From: Octopus sinensis
Lineage: Eukaryota
Direction: 5' to 3'
Assembly (NCBI RefSeq): GCF_006345805.1
Contig: NC_043006.1
Coordinates: 104,036,001 to 104,100,000 of the forward strand
DNA length: 64,000 nucleotides
Positions within the stretch are counted from its first letter, which is position 1; each line of letters begins with the position of its first letter. The notes under the pieces are model-generated. The model searched no databases. It was not told the DNA's origin and saw nothing but the letters and a program-made list of their open reading frames with translations. The position numbers and the translations under genes are program-made. This document shows, piece after piece, positions 12,546 to 25,855 of this stretch.

Positions 12546-12960
12546 TAATTTCTAGGAAGGAGACGATCTGGCAAAATCATTAGCACGCCGGACAATATGG
12601 TTAGCAGCATTTCTTCCAACTTTATATCTTGAGTTCAAAAATATTACCGAGGTCAGCTTTACCTTTCATCTTTTCAGGGTCGATAAAATAAGTATCAGTT
12701 GAAAACTTGAGGTTGATTCAATCGACTATCCCCCTCCCCAGAAATTTCAGGGCTTGTGCTTATGATGGCGGAGAGCTAGCAGAATCGTTAACATGCTAGG
12801 CATTCGTTTTTTTTTTTTACTTCTTTTTGTTCTGAGATCAAATGTCGCCGAGGTCGACTTCATCTTTCATTGAGTCATCGATTGAAATCAGCAGGAATCA
12901 ACCACTGCGCTCGATGTAATCGACTTATCTCTTCCCTCTCAAAATTGCTGGACAAAATGC
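11680..12960. mobile_element. Cluster of about six SINE family B units in both orientations, including a minus-strand dimer
   Basis: Repeated GGCAGAATCGTTAG heads and GAGTTCAAATTCCGCCGAGGTCGAC bodies at about 11680, 11910, 12130-12490 (-), 12565 and 12765. Confidence 0.85.
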
Positions 12961-13339
12961 GAAAAGAATTTGAAATTAGTTTAAAGTTACATTCACTGTA
13001 AAGGTCGAGTTTATTAAGACTTCAAATTTTGCCTAATCGTTTATTCAAACCGGTAATTATCTTACTTTACTGCCTGGCATATTTATGTAGGAAAAAAGAG
13101 CATTATCATTAGTAAGGAGTATCTATGCAATGAAACAAAAGTTACACTGAAAGACATTTCGTATATTATTTAAGGTTAAAATTTAATGAACTAGTTTAAA
13201 GGACAGAAAGCACATCCTTTCGAGAGTGATAAAATAAGTACCAGTTGAGCAGTGGTGGACGATGTAATCAACTTGTCCACTTCCTGAAAATTGCTGGCTT
13301 TCTGCCAGAATTTGAAACCAATATCCTCCATATCCATCG

Positions 13340-13990
13340 ATGAATTTGATACGGAGATAAGCACAGGGAAACAAAATTGTACAAACGGAATCAGTACCAA
13401 CATAAGTGTCAGTGGTGTAGAGATATTTTGAGGTGAAAGGAAGCGACCAAGGTTCCAAGCCTGAAGTGATATCCTGCATTGCCAAAACAACAGCAGCAAT
13501 GACCAAAGACAGAAATATCTCAATGAATTCCAAAATTAGACTCAATATTCCTGCGCGTGTATAAGTGATGAACACTGACTGCAGAAATAGAAAGAAGAAT
13601 TCAGGCTACAGTGATGAAATGTCTGAGGAGACTTTTAGGAATATCATACAGAGATTGTGTCACAAATGAGAAAGTGAAAAGAAGAATAAGGCAGGCAACA
13701 GGGCCCTATTACGAACTTTGTTACCACAGTAAAGAAACGCAAGCTCAGGTAGTTTGTACATGTCACCCACTCATCAGGGATGACCAAAAATAATCCTTCA
13801 TGGAACAGTCAAAGGTAGCAGACGCAGAGGCAAACAGAGAAGGAGGTGGGAAAGCAACATCTGTGAGTGGACAGACCTAAAGATGAGAGACGCAGTGCGA
13901 AAGACAGAAGACAGAGAAAGATGTAGGGATCTGGTCGCAAGGTCATCAGTGGTGCCCTACAGCCAGCCAGACTACGGGACATGTAATATA
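13340..13990 (+). pseudogene. RTE-clade LINE, degenerate 3' fragment of the RT ORF
   Basis: Broken frames read GSKPEVISCIAKTTAAM, TLTAEIERRIQATVMKCLRRLLGISYRD and ILHGTVKGSRRRGKQRRRWESNI, typical of RTE ORF C-termini. Confidence 0.85.
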
Positions 13991-14110
13991 ATATATAATC
14001 AAGCATAAGCAGGCATGGCTGTGTGGTTAAGAAGTTCGCTTTACAGCCATGTTGTTTCGGGTTCAGTCTCACTACGTGGCACCTTCGGGAAGCGTCTTCT
14101 CCAACTCTGG

Positions 14111-15047
14111 GGTAATCTGAAATCGATTTCATTCTAAATTTCAGATTAACCCTATCAAATTCTTCCTCGAATATTCGTTACCCACGCGACAAATAAAAGA
14201 ATTAATAGTATTTTTACAGTTAATATCATCATTATAATATTTTTTTTCTGTAACTTTATAATTACAATAACTTCTAAGAGGTGAAGCTTTTCAATACAAA
14301 GGTTGCTTTCAAGGGAGATAACGTCTGAGATCATTTTTGCATGTGTTAGTGTTTTCTGTGCATGCATGAGTTGTGTATGTGTGGGTTCATTTTGTTTTGT
14401 ATATATTTCGTATGCATTTAAAGTGTATAGGTGTTTTTTGTATAATAAATATTTTGTTTGGTTTAAAGTGTATTAATATAATTTGCTTTGCATATAAATA
14501 TATTTCTTTTCTATTTAATGAGTATTGATAAATATAGTTTGTTTTGGATGATAAACATTTTGATCACGTTTGAAATGAATGCATTTGTACTTACATGTTA
14601 TCTTTAAAGGACTCAAACTGAAATTGCAGATTTAAATGCTTAGAAAGTAAAACAAACTAAAGCTTCCAAATGCCAACAAAATACATACTTATACATTTTA
14701 AATACAAACAAAATATATTTATGGAGGAAAATGTACTGCGGTTGAAAATCCTCTAATCCAAATTTTCTCATAAAAAATTTTAAAATTAAATAAAATACCA
14801 ATATTTTTGTTTTAAAAAAAATCGCTCTCAGAATCTCAGATGTTCAAAGTGATTTTTTTTAAAGGTATCTTAAAAATTTTAGGAGATGTTTAAAAGTCCA
14901 ATATACTTTTTTATTTTCACGCTTAAAGATTAGCTTACAATCCCGAATGTTACACGAGTTTTATGGTAAGCGCTAGAATCTATCAATTTAGGGGAAACCA
15001 AACATGGGTTAGATGTAGGGGAAATTTGACATCGATTTCAGATAACC
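14111..15047. mobile_element. ~937-bp non-autonomous DNA element with ~21-bp TIR, splitting a family A SINE
   Basis: GGTAATCTGAAATCGATTTCA vs reverse complement of right end GGTTATCTGAAATCGATGTCA; SINE head at 14010-14100 resumes at about 15075. Confidence 0.65.
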
Positions 15048-15561
15048 AGAAGACAACTGGAAATAAAGGGCTTCACACCAGACCAACCAATGCCTTGCGA
15101 ATGAATTTGGTAGACGGAAACTGTGAAGAAGCCCACCGTACACACACAGACACACACACACACATATATATATATAATATATATCTTTTATCTCTTACTC
15201 ATTTCAGTTATCAGACTGTGACCATGCTGGAGCACCGCTTTGAAAGCTTCTAATCGAACGAAACGACCCCAGTACTTTTTTAAGCCTGGTACTTTTGCCG
15301 AACTGTTAAACACGAGATCCACCAGTTGTCAAGTGGTGGTGGGGGACAAACACAGACAGAAACACATGCGCGCGCACACGCACACACACTCATATAAATA
15401 CATACATATATCACAGGATTCTTTCAGTTTCCGTCTACCAAATTTACTCGCAAGATTTAGTCTGCTCGAGGTTACGTAGAAGACACTTGTCCAGGATTCC
15501 ATGTTTGTTGGACTGAACCTAGAACCATGTAGCTAGAGAGCAAACGTCGTGTCACACAGTC

Positions 15562-15601
<40 letters not shown>

Positions 15602-15732
15602 ATGTATGTATCTATATATATATATGTATGTATGTATATATATATATATGTGTGTGTGGGTGTGTATGTATGTATTTTATATATATATGTAAATATATAT
15701 ATGTATATATATATATATATATTAATATTATA

Positions 15733-16138
15733 TAGAGGGCATTATTACACATAAATGCAGCACGTCAAAACTACCAAAATAAACATATCGTACCGAATGC
15801 AAGTCTCGAAGCTGTTACTGAAATGCAATTCGAAAAAGCCCGCCATTTACATAGATGTATAAGGGGTGACAGTTCTATATGCTACGGTGGATGCGATGGT
15901 AGTTCGCCTGGTATGTTGATTTTGTTCATTCATTATAAATCTTGAATCATGCTTGCACCGATGAGTAAAGAGCGCAACCAATGCGCTGATTACGAAATCA
16001 CTGGTGATCTGCAGCTAAATTCTGTTTTTAAATGACTTGCTTCGAGACTTGCATTTGGTATGATATATTTATTTTGGTAGTTTTGATTTTAAGAGTCCCT
16101 CATAGCGTGCGGTATTTAAGTGTAATAATGCCCTCTAT
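15733..16138. mobile_element. Foldback/MITE with ~90-bp imperfect TIRs
   Basis: TAGAGGGCATTATTACAC...TCAAAACTACCAAAATAAA...ATGCAAGTCTCGAAGC is mirrored at the right end; sits within TA repeats. Confidence 0.85.
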
Positions 16139-16891
16139 ATAATATAAATAAATATATTCAAGTGGAAAAAATTTACAGATTTTTTCTCTTATGAGTTTTT
16201 TCACGCTAACTACTTCATAATTTCTTATGAAGATTTTATCTTATTTTTAAATTATATATATATATATATATATACATAGCTGTGAGTAAGAGTGAGAGAG
16301 AGAGTGTGTGTGTGAGATGTGTGTGGTGTGTGTGTGCGTGTGTGTGTGTGTGTGTATGTATCTATGTTTGACCCCCACCACCGCTCCATAACTTGTGTTG
16401 GTTTATTTACGTTTCAGTAATTTTGCCGTTCAGCAATGGACTCCGATAAAATAAGTAGCACATTTGACAAATGAATGACGGGTGGAGGTGAGAGGTGAGT
16501 TATCCTGCTAAACACTTAAAGGTGCTGCTCCAGCATGGCCACTGTACAATAACTAAGACTTAGAAAGGAAGGATAAAAGATATTAGCTAAGAATCATCCT
16601 TAAGTGAAACATAATACGAGAATTGACAATGTCAAATATACTGTGTTCTTCTACTTGTTTCGGTCGTTTGACTGCGGCCATGCTGGAGTACCGTCTTAAA
16701 GGAGTTTTTTTTTAGTCGAACAGATCGGCCCCAGCACTTATTTCCTAAGCCTACTACTTATTCTATCGGGCTGTTTTGCCGAACCGCTAAAGTACAGGGG
16801 ACATAAACACACCAACGTCGGTAGTCAAGCTGTTTTAGAGGGGGACAAGCACAAACACACACACACACACAAACACAAACACACACGCACA

Positions 16892-17124
16892 TAGGGTTGG
16901 CCAAAATTCACCCGACAGTAAATCAAAATTCGATAAGTACTGTTTGTAATTCCGTATTGATTCGAATGGGAAAATGCATCGCCGAAGAAGGACTTCAGTT
17001 GGAACAATTTCCATGATGCTTCATATTTAGATGCGTTTATTAAATTCATTCATTTGTTAAACATAAATAAATCTTAGAATTAAATGGTTTTGATTTACTG
17101 TCAGGTGACTTTTGGCAAACTCTG
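16892..17124. mobile_element. Tc1/mariner-type MITE, inside the microsatellite of a family A SINE
   Basis: ~38-bp TIR AGGGTTGGCCAAAA(T/G)TCACC(C/T)GACAGTAAATCAAAA; same family as 30224-30410. Confidence 0.88.
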
Positions 17125-17269
17125 TATTTATATATGTACGTCGGGCTTATTTCAGTTTTTACCTGAACCTATTGTAGAAAACACTTGTCCAAGGTACCAC
17201 GCAGTGGGACCGAAACTATACTAGCTGGAAACCTTGGGAAGTAACAGTATAACGTTATACGTTTCTGCC

Positions 17270-17545
17270 TGCATATAACGAGTACTCCGTCGTTGATCGT
17301 GAAATTAAGGTGCAAGTGGCTCAGCACAGACATGTGGACCCTTAACGTAGTTCTCATAGAGATTCATTGAGCGTGACACAAATTGTGAAAGGGCCGGCCT
17401 TTTGAATTACAGGTACAGTTGAATGAAATGGAGCAACGTGAAATAAAGTGTTTTGTTCAAGGAGATAACGCACCGCCGGGAATCGAACTCTGGACTTTAC
17501 AATCGTGAGCCAGTTACAATAACTAATAAACCACGTGCTTTCACT
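17270..17545 (-). mobile_element. tRNA-derived SINE, family C
   Basis: Shares GTGCAAGTGGCT...ACCCTTAACGTAGTTCTC and GGAGCAACGTGAAATAAAGTG with 2554-2922 and 62520-62810. Confidence 0.8.
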
Positions 17546-17615
17546 GATTATATATTAGTAACAGTAAGTTCCTGAAAATAAGTTAGTAGTTAAGAGGACA
17601 GTGGCTAGTAAACCA

Positions 17616-18048
17616 GGATCTTTTCCGTCTGAACGGCAGCTTTTAACATAATTTCTAGGTAACTAAACACTTTTAAACTTCGTATACTGGTAGAATGTGT
17701 TTATAAAACATCTTTTTCTCTTGGCTTTATTGAGAAAATTCTATAGTTTGTAAGATATTTGTTGTTTTCTTTCTTCAATTTCTGCAATTACAACCAATCA
17801 AATACGTCTATTGAGGTAAAAAAACATTCTGTGCCGTATGAATATATCCCTCGTTTAAGAAACAGATTGGGTTTATTTACATTTGTAAAGAAAAAAAGAT
17901 GCCCTTCCCCCACCCCTAACCCTAACCCTAACTAACCCTAACCCTAAAACAAAATGAAATGCAATAGATCGATTCTAGGGTCATAATTATGGGTGACAAT
18001 TTCATATGACACCGCTAGAAAAAACTGCCGTTCAAACCGAAAAGACCC
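17616..18048. mobile_element. MITE with 8-bp TSD and internal (CCCTAA)n, copy 1
   Basis: ~29-bp TIR GGATCTTTTC(C/G)GT(C/T)TGAACGGCAG; TSD GTAAACCA at 17608-17615 and 18049-18056; telomeric block 17914-17947. Confidence 0.92.
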
Positions 18049-18959
18049 GTAAACCATAGTGGATTAGTATTTTTGTGTTGTATAGGAATAGTCCTTAATA
18101 ATGTCTTTAATACAACATATTTATAGTACGCTTATGAGGAAAGATGGAAGGATGTGGTAAGGAAGTTGGGAGTGAGTGTCCCTACTTAACTCATCCATGG
18201 TAAAAAGAAAAGTGGAACTTAACAAAAGGTAAAATGAAGTAATATCAACATTTTTGAAAAAACATTACTTAAGTCAATTTTTAATATATTTTCATAAGAA
18301 AAACTCTCGCCAAATAACCCCTTTAAAATGTTTGTAGTGTCCTGTACTGTCCTCCCTTGTATGTTTGATTGTAATAATCGTAATAAAGACTAAAACCCAC
18401 GTGCCTTCAAACATACATACATACACAACATACATACGTACGTACGTACACGTACACACAGACATATGTGATCGTGTGTAAGAGTACACGAAGAGACAGG
18501 TATCAGATAATCTCTTCGGATTTTTGTTTTGGGCTTGAAGACTAATTTGGTTTTGATGGGAAACAAAAGAGACAGTAAGACTCAGTATGTCAGTAAGTAG
18601 TTTATATACAATAATGGCAACGAGGAATTGTTACTGCAATGTAAGGAAGGAATGGGGAATTGGAAATAGAAGGAAACAATAACGACAACAACAGTAGAAA
18701 CAACGATAAGAACCACAACGATGACGGAGACAAGAGCAGACGACGAAGACAACAAGAACAAAAACAGCCGTGGCAACAGCATCGGTAACAGTAGCAGTAA
18801 TAGTAGCAGTAATAGTAGCAGTAATAGTAGCAGTAATAGTAGCACGGACAGCGACGAAGAGCGAGATAACTTGTCGCTGGAATCTGTAAAACTATATAAC
18901 ATTGAAACGCACTTATAAAATACTAATACTACTACTAATAAAATGATACAACAACATCA

Positions 18960-18996
18960 ATACTGATGATGATAATGATGATGATAACGATGATAA

Positions 18997-19059
<63 letters not shown>

Positions 19060-19377
19060 TAATAATAATAATAATAATAACAATAATAATAATAATAATA
19101 ATAATAACAATAATAATAATAATACCTAATAATGATGATGAGATAATGATGATTGATGATAATGATAATAATAATAATATAATAATAATAATAATAATCA
19201 TAATAATAATGATAATAATAATAATACTAATAATGATGATGATAATAATGATGATGATAATAATGATGATGATAATAATAATATAATAATCATATAATAA
19301 TAATAATAATAATAATAAGAATAATAACAATAATAATCATACATAATCTGATGATGATAATAATGATGATGATAATG

Positions 19378-19429
<52 letters not shown>

Positions 19430-19488
19430 TAATAATAATAATACTAATAATGATGATGATAATAATGATGATGATAATAATGATGATG

Positions 19489-19528
<40 letters not shown>

Positions 19529-19545
19529 CAACAACAACAACGACA
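18960..19545. repeat. (ATA/ATG)n trinucleotide array
   Basis: About 580 bp of aat/gat repeats giving poly-I and poly-L pseudo-ORFs. Confidence 0.97.
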
Positions 19546-20330
19546 ACCAGAGATATGATTAAAAGATAAGAATATAAGTTGTTGGTTTTCATGTGCTTTA
19601 CAATAATACAGAAGATTTCTGGCAAAGACAGATGTAAACTAATTTTAAAAGACAAAAATATGAGAAGATAACAACAGAAAAGTAATATAAGCGTAGCTTT
19701 TGAGGTTTCTCTTATTCTTTATCTTGTTTTATGCTTGTTTTAGTTCGCTATATTTCTAAGCTAGAGATGAACATTCTGGAATTATCTTCGAAAATATAAT
19801 TACTTCGACCTTAATTCCAATGAAAATTGTGTCTCTGTCGTAGCATTTGCAATTCCTAGGAATTATCGAGGAAAAAAAATAAAGGTAACATGAAATTTAT
19901 TTAAAAATAGTTTAATGTCTGCTTGAAAATAAACTTTTAACATATTTTATATCAAAGATTGGACTCCACCGTCGGTTTCGACACATGTTTGTATTAATTG
20001 TCATGCATTGGCTGAATATACCTCACACACGTGCGCCCTTAACATAATTATAAAGTAGAATCAGTAGGGCGCTTGAATTATATGTAAAAATCTATCTGAT
20101 GACCATTCATGCAGCAGTTTCCGTCAATACAATTTCCCCCAGAAGGTTTGGATTGGCCAGAGGCTGTAATAAAGACTCTTGCCTAAGATATCACGTCGTG
20201 GAATCGAAGCCAAGAACTTAAGGTTTTAAAGCAAACCTTTTACTACTCATCCATCATCTATCAATATATACATATAGACATATATGCGTATTTATAGCTT
20301 ATATATATATATATATATAATATAATTTAT

Positions 20331-20372
<42 letters not shown>

Positions 20373-20409
20373 ATATATATAAATATATATATACATATAA
20401 TATCATATA

Positions 20410-20444
<35 letters not shown>

Positions 20445-20680
20445 ATTATTCCAAATTAATTAATTTCACCCTTCAGTTACGGATAACCATATTTTATCTC
20501 AGTAGATGACCACAGCATCTTGTTTTGGCTACACGCGGGTGGGAAGGGCTGGTGACACAATCGTTCATTCACACATTGATTTGGTGATACGGTTGCGGAT
20601 TCTAGCTCGCTCTGATACTGAGTTGAGTTGTGCCTTCTAGTATCTCAAAATTCAATATATAATCATTATGATTATAGTAT

Positions 20681-20784
20681 TCTACGCTGAAGAGAAAGAA
20701 GTTTCGGTAAGATAGAATTATTAATATTTAATATTTAATTCTTATGCTTTCCTAAAAACTGATTTCGAAACGTACGTCCGTAGA
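20681..20784 (+). ncRNA. Type I hammerhead ribozyme motif with extended stem II
   Basis: TCTACG-CTGAAGA-GAAA...TTTC-GAAA-CGTACGT-C-CGTAGA: 6-bp stem I, intact core, palindromic ACGTACGT stem III, GUC site after 20778. Confidence 0.8.
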
Positions 20785-21068
20785 TAACTTAAAAATGTAT
20801 GATAGATTGCCGTCAATTCATTCTCTCTTACCTTTTGTGTCTGCCTTCAATGCTGTTTTTACTGAGATCTCCCTTTTAGTAGAAGAATAGCTATAACTCT
20901 TTGACTGCATTCTAAATTGTATGTGGTAAGGCAATTCGTTGCTAAACCCTTTATTGCTTAGTATATATATATATATATATATAGATACTTATATATAATA
21001 TACACATATATATATTACATATATATACATATATTATACATATATATATATATTATATATAATATATA

Positions 21069-21114
<46 letters not shown>

Positions 21115-21249
21115 GAATATATATCAGTGGCTCCGAACGGGGAGGATCCGCAAAGTGAGTATTGGGGTTCTGTGAACTAATTCAAAATTTCTATATGCAT
21201 ATATACATACATATATGTATATGTATATGTATGATATATATTATTTATA

Positions 21250-21280
<31 letters not shown>

Positions 21281-21486
21281 AATAATAAATGGATGATGAA
21301 TTATCCTTTGTTGACTGTTTAACATGGAAAATTCAATAAACAGTTACCAGGGTAGTAAAATTCACGCAAGTAACACGGATGAAGCGACCTATTCAAAGGT
21401 AGAAACTCCGGGTTAATGTGCAGTAATTTGTTTATTATAAGTAAATAAATGGAGTTGAACAAAGATGTTATTAAAATTCTTTTACT

Positions 21487-21596
21487 TTCGATATATGCTT
21501 CGAAGACAACATGGTATTATTCCTTTGGAATAATTGCATTTTACACCGTTTATTCCTTTGGAATAATACCATGTTTTCTTCGAAACATATGTCGAA
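21487..21596. repeat. 110-bp nested inverted repeat
   Basis: 37-bp arms with 3 mismatches enclosing a further GGAATAA/TTATTCC stem. Confidence 0.85.
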
Positions 21597-21659
21597 ATTC
21601 TAATAACAACTTCGTTCATCTCCATTTATTTATTTACACACACACAGACACACACAGAC

Positions 21660-21705
<46 letters not shown>

Positions 21706-21805
21706 ATATATATGTATGCTTGTGTGGATATATATATATATATAAATACATATATATATGTATGCATGTTGGATATTATATATATATATATATGTATGCA
21801 TGCTG

Positions 21806-21837
<32 letters not shown>

Positions 21838-21877
21838 TCTATATTATATATATATAATATTATATGTTATATATAAT

Positions 21878-21908
<31 letters not shown>

Positions 21909-21922
21909 GTGTCTATGTTATG

Positions 21923-21979
<57 letters not shown>

Positions 21980-22391
21980 TATAGATATGAATGAGAAAGA
22001 AAATGAAGAAAACTGATAAAATTGACTTACATATGTCATTTATTTAAAGACATTCCATTCTTACAGACAAATTCCTGCCTAAGGCTGTTTCCATATCCAA
22101 TCAATTCAATTACAGAAATAAAATTCAATTCGAATTTCCATATTCGATACCAGTCAATTGGGCAGTTCCTCAGGGAGTATTTCAAAAGGAAGTCACACAT
22201 TTCTACATGTAGGATAACCTACGAAACAACAAAGATGTTGTGTTTTTTCTGAACGCAAGCGTTCCTTAGAAAAATTTTCCAGCATATATATATTATACAT
22301 ATATAGAGTTAATATATATATATATCTATAATATATATATATATATATGTATATTATATATATATATAGTTATATATATTATATATATATG

Positions 22392-22443
<52 letters not shown>

Positions 22444-22718
22444 ATATATATATATATAACATTATAATATATAATATGATATAGGGTAAAAAATTATAAA
22501 TTTATAATTAATAAATTTCACAAGTATTTCAGTATGGAAAAGAACCATATTCGGGAAAAACTATACAAAATGAGGAGTAGATAGACAGCCGACAACTGAT
22601 GAAGGGTCGTTTCTTCATCAGTTGTCCTGTTTTCGATTTTTCCTCGTTGTTTGCGTATTTATCTCCTTTGTTTACGCATTCATGTTGTTTCACAGTTGGT
22701 GACGTCCGTACCTACATA

Positions 22719-22786
<68 letters not shown>

Positions 22787-22884
22787 TGTGTGTGTGTGTG
22801 TATTAAGTATGTATGTGTGTGTGTATGTAAGTATGTATGTGTATGTGTGTATGTACGTATTATATATGTATATAGATATACGTA

Positions 22885-23265
22885 TATTCTTTCACTTATT
22901 TCAGTCATTTGACTGTGGCCATGCTGGGTCTCTGCCTTTTAGTCGAACAAATCGAGCCCAGAACTTATTGTGTGTAAGCTTAATACTTATTCTATCGACT
23001 AGTTTTGCCGAACTACTAAGTTATGGGGGGTGTAAATACTCCAACATCTGGTGTCAAATGATAGTGGGGAAAAAGATAGACACACACACATATAATATAT
23101 ATATATATATATACGACGTGTTTCTTTCAGTTTCCGTCTACCAAATCCAATGATAAGGCTTCGGTTGGTCCGAGACTATAGTAGAAGATACAAACCCAAG
23201 TGGGACTGAACCCAGAACCATGTGGTTGGGAAGCAACCTTCTTACCATACAGCTACTCCTGCGCC
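22885..23265 (-). mobile_element. SINE family A
   Basis: Full head-to-tail match to the family consensus, ending CAGCTACTCCTGCGCC on the + strand. Confidence 0.88.
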
Positions 23266-23399
23266 TCCACACACCCCCACACACACACATTAGCTGTTTG
23301 GGCTAAAGTGGATGATTTTTTTTGTTTTCTTTTATCTGGAAGAGCTTGATGTATTGGCGAACAAACAATAGTGTTAGAGAGCACAAATGTTAAATTAAA

Positions 23400-23975
23400 G
23401 CTGTAGTTGAGAAAAAGGTAGCCAACATGGAGGACAGGAAGCTACCGGTATATTGGACAAGAGCTGGCTATATCAATGATGATTCATGCTGGGTATCAAA
23501 ACGCCGACATAGTGACTGCTTCTCATTTCTCTGTGTGGACTATAAAAGCTTTAAGATGTGACTTGAACAGCTGCAACTGAGACTACGAAGCCGTGGCCAG
23601 CAGAAAAAGGGTACAGCAGACATTCGTAAATCACCCTACTACTGATGACCTGAACCTTACGCTTAATTCAAACAGCTATGTGAAGCTACTGGGAGACTAT
23701 GATCAATCCTTGGATGGAGAGAGTTACTGCTGGAAGACCATGTGTGTGGCAGCAGGATTTCTCTCCTTGCCATACACAGGAAAGTGTCTGAAGTGGTCCA
23801 TGGATAACTATATGTGTGCAGGGCGTGGTTGAGAAAGATACCATCTGGTCTGCCTGCAACAGCAAGAACGAGCTGGTGGCCAAGTTCAAGGAGGTGTTCG
23901 AAGATCTTCCCATCGTTATGGAGCGTATATTCTGGATATGCTGGGGACATTTCACGCCCACCACAGATCCGTAAA
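23400..23975 (+). pseudogene. Tc1/mariner superfamily transposase remnant (C-terminal half)
   Basis: Broken frames read LNSNSYVKLL, WMERVTAGRPCVWQQDFSPCHT and VVEKDTIWSACNSKNELVAKFKEVFEDLP; WQQD-x-x-P-x-H is the second catalytic Asp motif. Confidence 0.82.
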
Positions 23976-25365
23976 TCATTCGTAAGCTTAGTGAATGATG
24001 TAATTAGGAAGGAAAATAAGGAACTAATCTTTCTATCCCTTGTCATGCAATGACACACTTTTACATTCCGCATCAAGACATGTACAGAGTAAGTGATGAC
24101 ATTGTGAGAGAATAACGAAAATAAAGGTCGAAGGCGAGCTGCATTTCATATTCCTCTCTAAGAATTACACTCTTTCTTTCTAAACATCTATTCTCTCTGT
24201 TAGCAAACTAGCTTCTAAATTCAATAAATAATCGAATTCATTCCGTCTTCCTGTCTTAGTGTTTCTTATATAAATCTTAGTCTTTCTTATTCGCTTCTAC
24301 GCTACCCTCTAATAAACACAACACATTTCTGATGAGAGCTTGTATCTATAGAACTTGGTGAAATTCCTTAACTGAAACTAATCTTTTGTTGTAGTATCAT
24401 GATATAATCTGGTGGTAATTTGTTTGTTAATCAATAAATCAGAAGTAAAGATTTAATCACGTCGAATTTGTCTAGTTTGTATGCTTATTTTTCGGTAATA
24501 CTCATGTGAGGCAAGTAAGTACAGCACAGTAGATCTGTGAGTTCTGTGACAATAATAATCAAACGCATTTTTCAACATTAAATGTTTCATCATGGCTTCA
24601 AGGAAAATTAATAATCTAAAGACATATTGCATCTGCTACCAGTGCAAAATTATGATTCCAAGAAATCCTGGTTTAACAAGCAAACATTTAATGGCAGATT
24701 TTCCTCGAATGATGTTCTTACAATGTTTGAATATCTGAAACGTGTCCTCAGGTTTTCTGCTGAGGATGTGAAAATGTTTTGAACGTTCACCAAAGCAACT
24801 GCATACTCATACGGAAATCAATTTATCAGTAACTTTATATCGGAAATTAAGCAGCGTATTTTATCCACCTGTGGTTACCTTCATGTTCTTCTAACCAATG
24901 TATCAAGATAGCTTACAGTAGACTACACAAACTTAGATATTTGGCCGAAATTCGCGTGTTATATTTGAAGACGGTCTTAGCGAAAATACGCGAGGACAAG
25001 AGCTGACGCGAACATCAACATCTGCAATTTAAAGACTTCGATATTTACTTTAGCAGCTGAATGAAAGGCACGAAAAGCTACCACACAAACCATCGAAATC
25101 TTCTGTATAACTTAGCAGTAGAGTTAAATCATGAATGACTCTAAGCAAGAAATTTCCATTGTGTACGATAGAAGTTAAGGAAAGCAGATATTAAAGAAGA
25201 CAAGGACAGCTACCAAGTGTTAACGGGAGAGGAAATAACAGATGGAGTTCATCATCTCATGAAACAGACTCCTATACTAGAAACCATTGCAGTGATCCTT
25301 TTTGCTGCGATATTTCAGGGTCTAAACTCATAGATTACCTATCGTATTGTATTGGTTAGCTAGCA

Positions 25366-25855
<490 letters not shown>

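Noticed and set aside
18582-18918. Poly-L and NSSS ORFs
   Set aside because: They come from an (AGTAATAGTAGC)n low-complexity repeat.
24325-24400. CTGATGA ... GAAACTA possible hammerhead
   Set aside because: No credible stem I or stem II.
24560-25300. Possible very old LINE coding remnant
   Set aside because: I could not recover diagnostic motifs with confidence.
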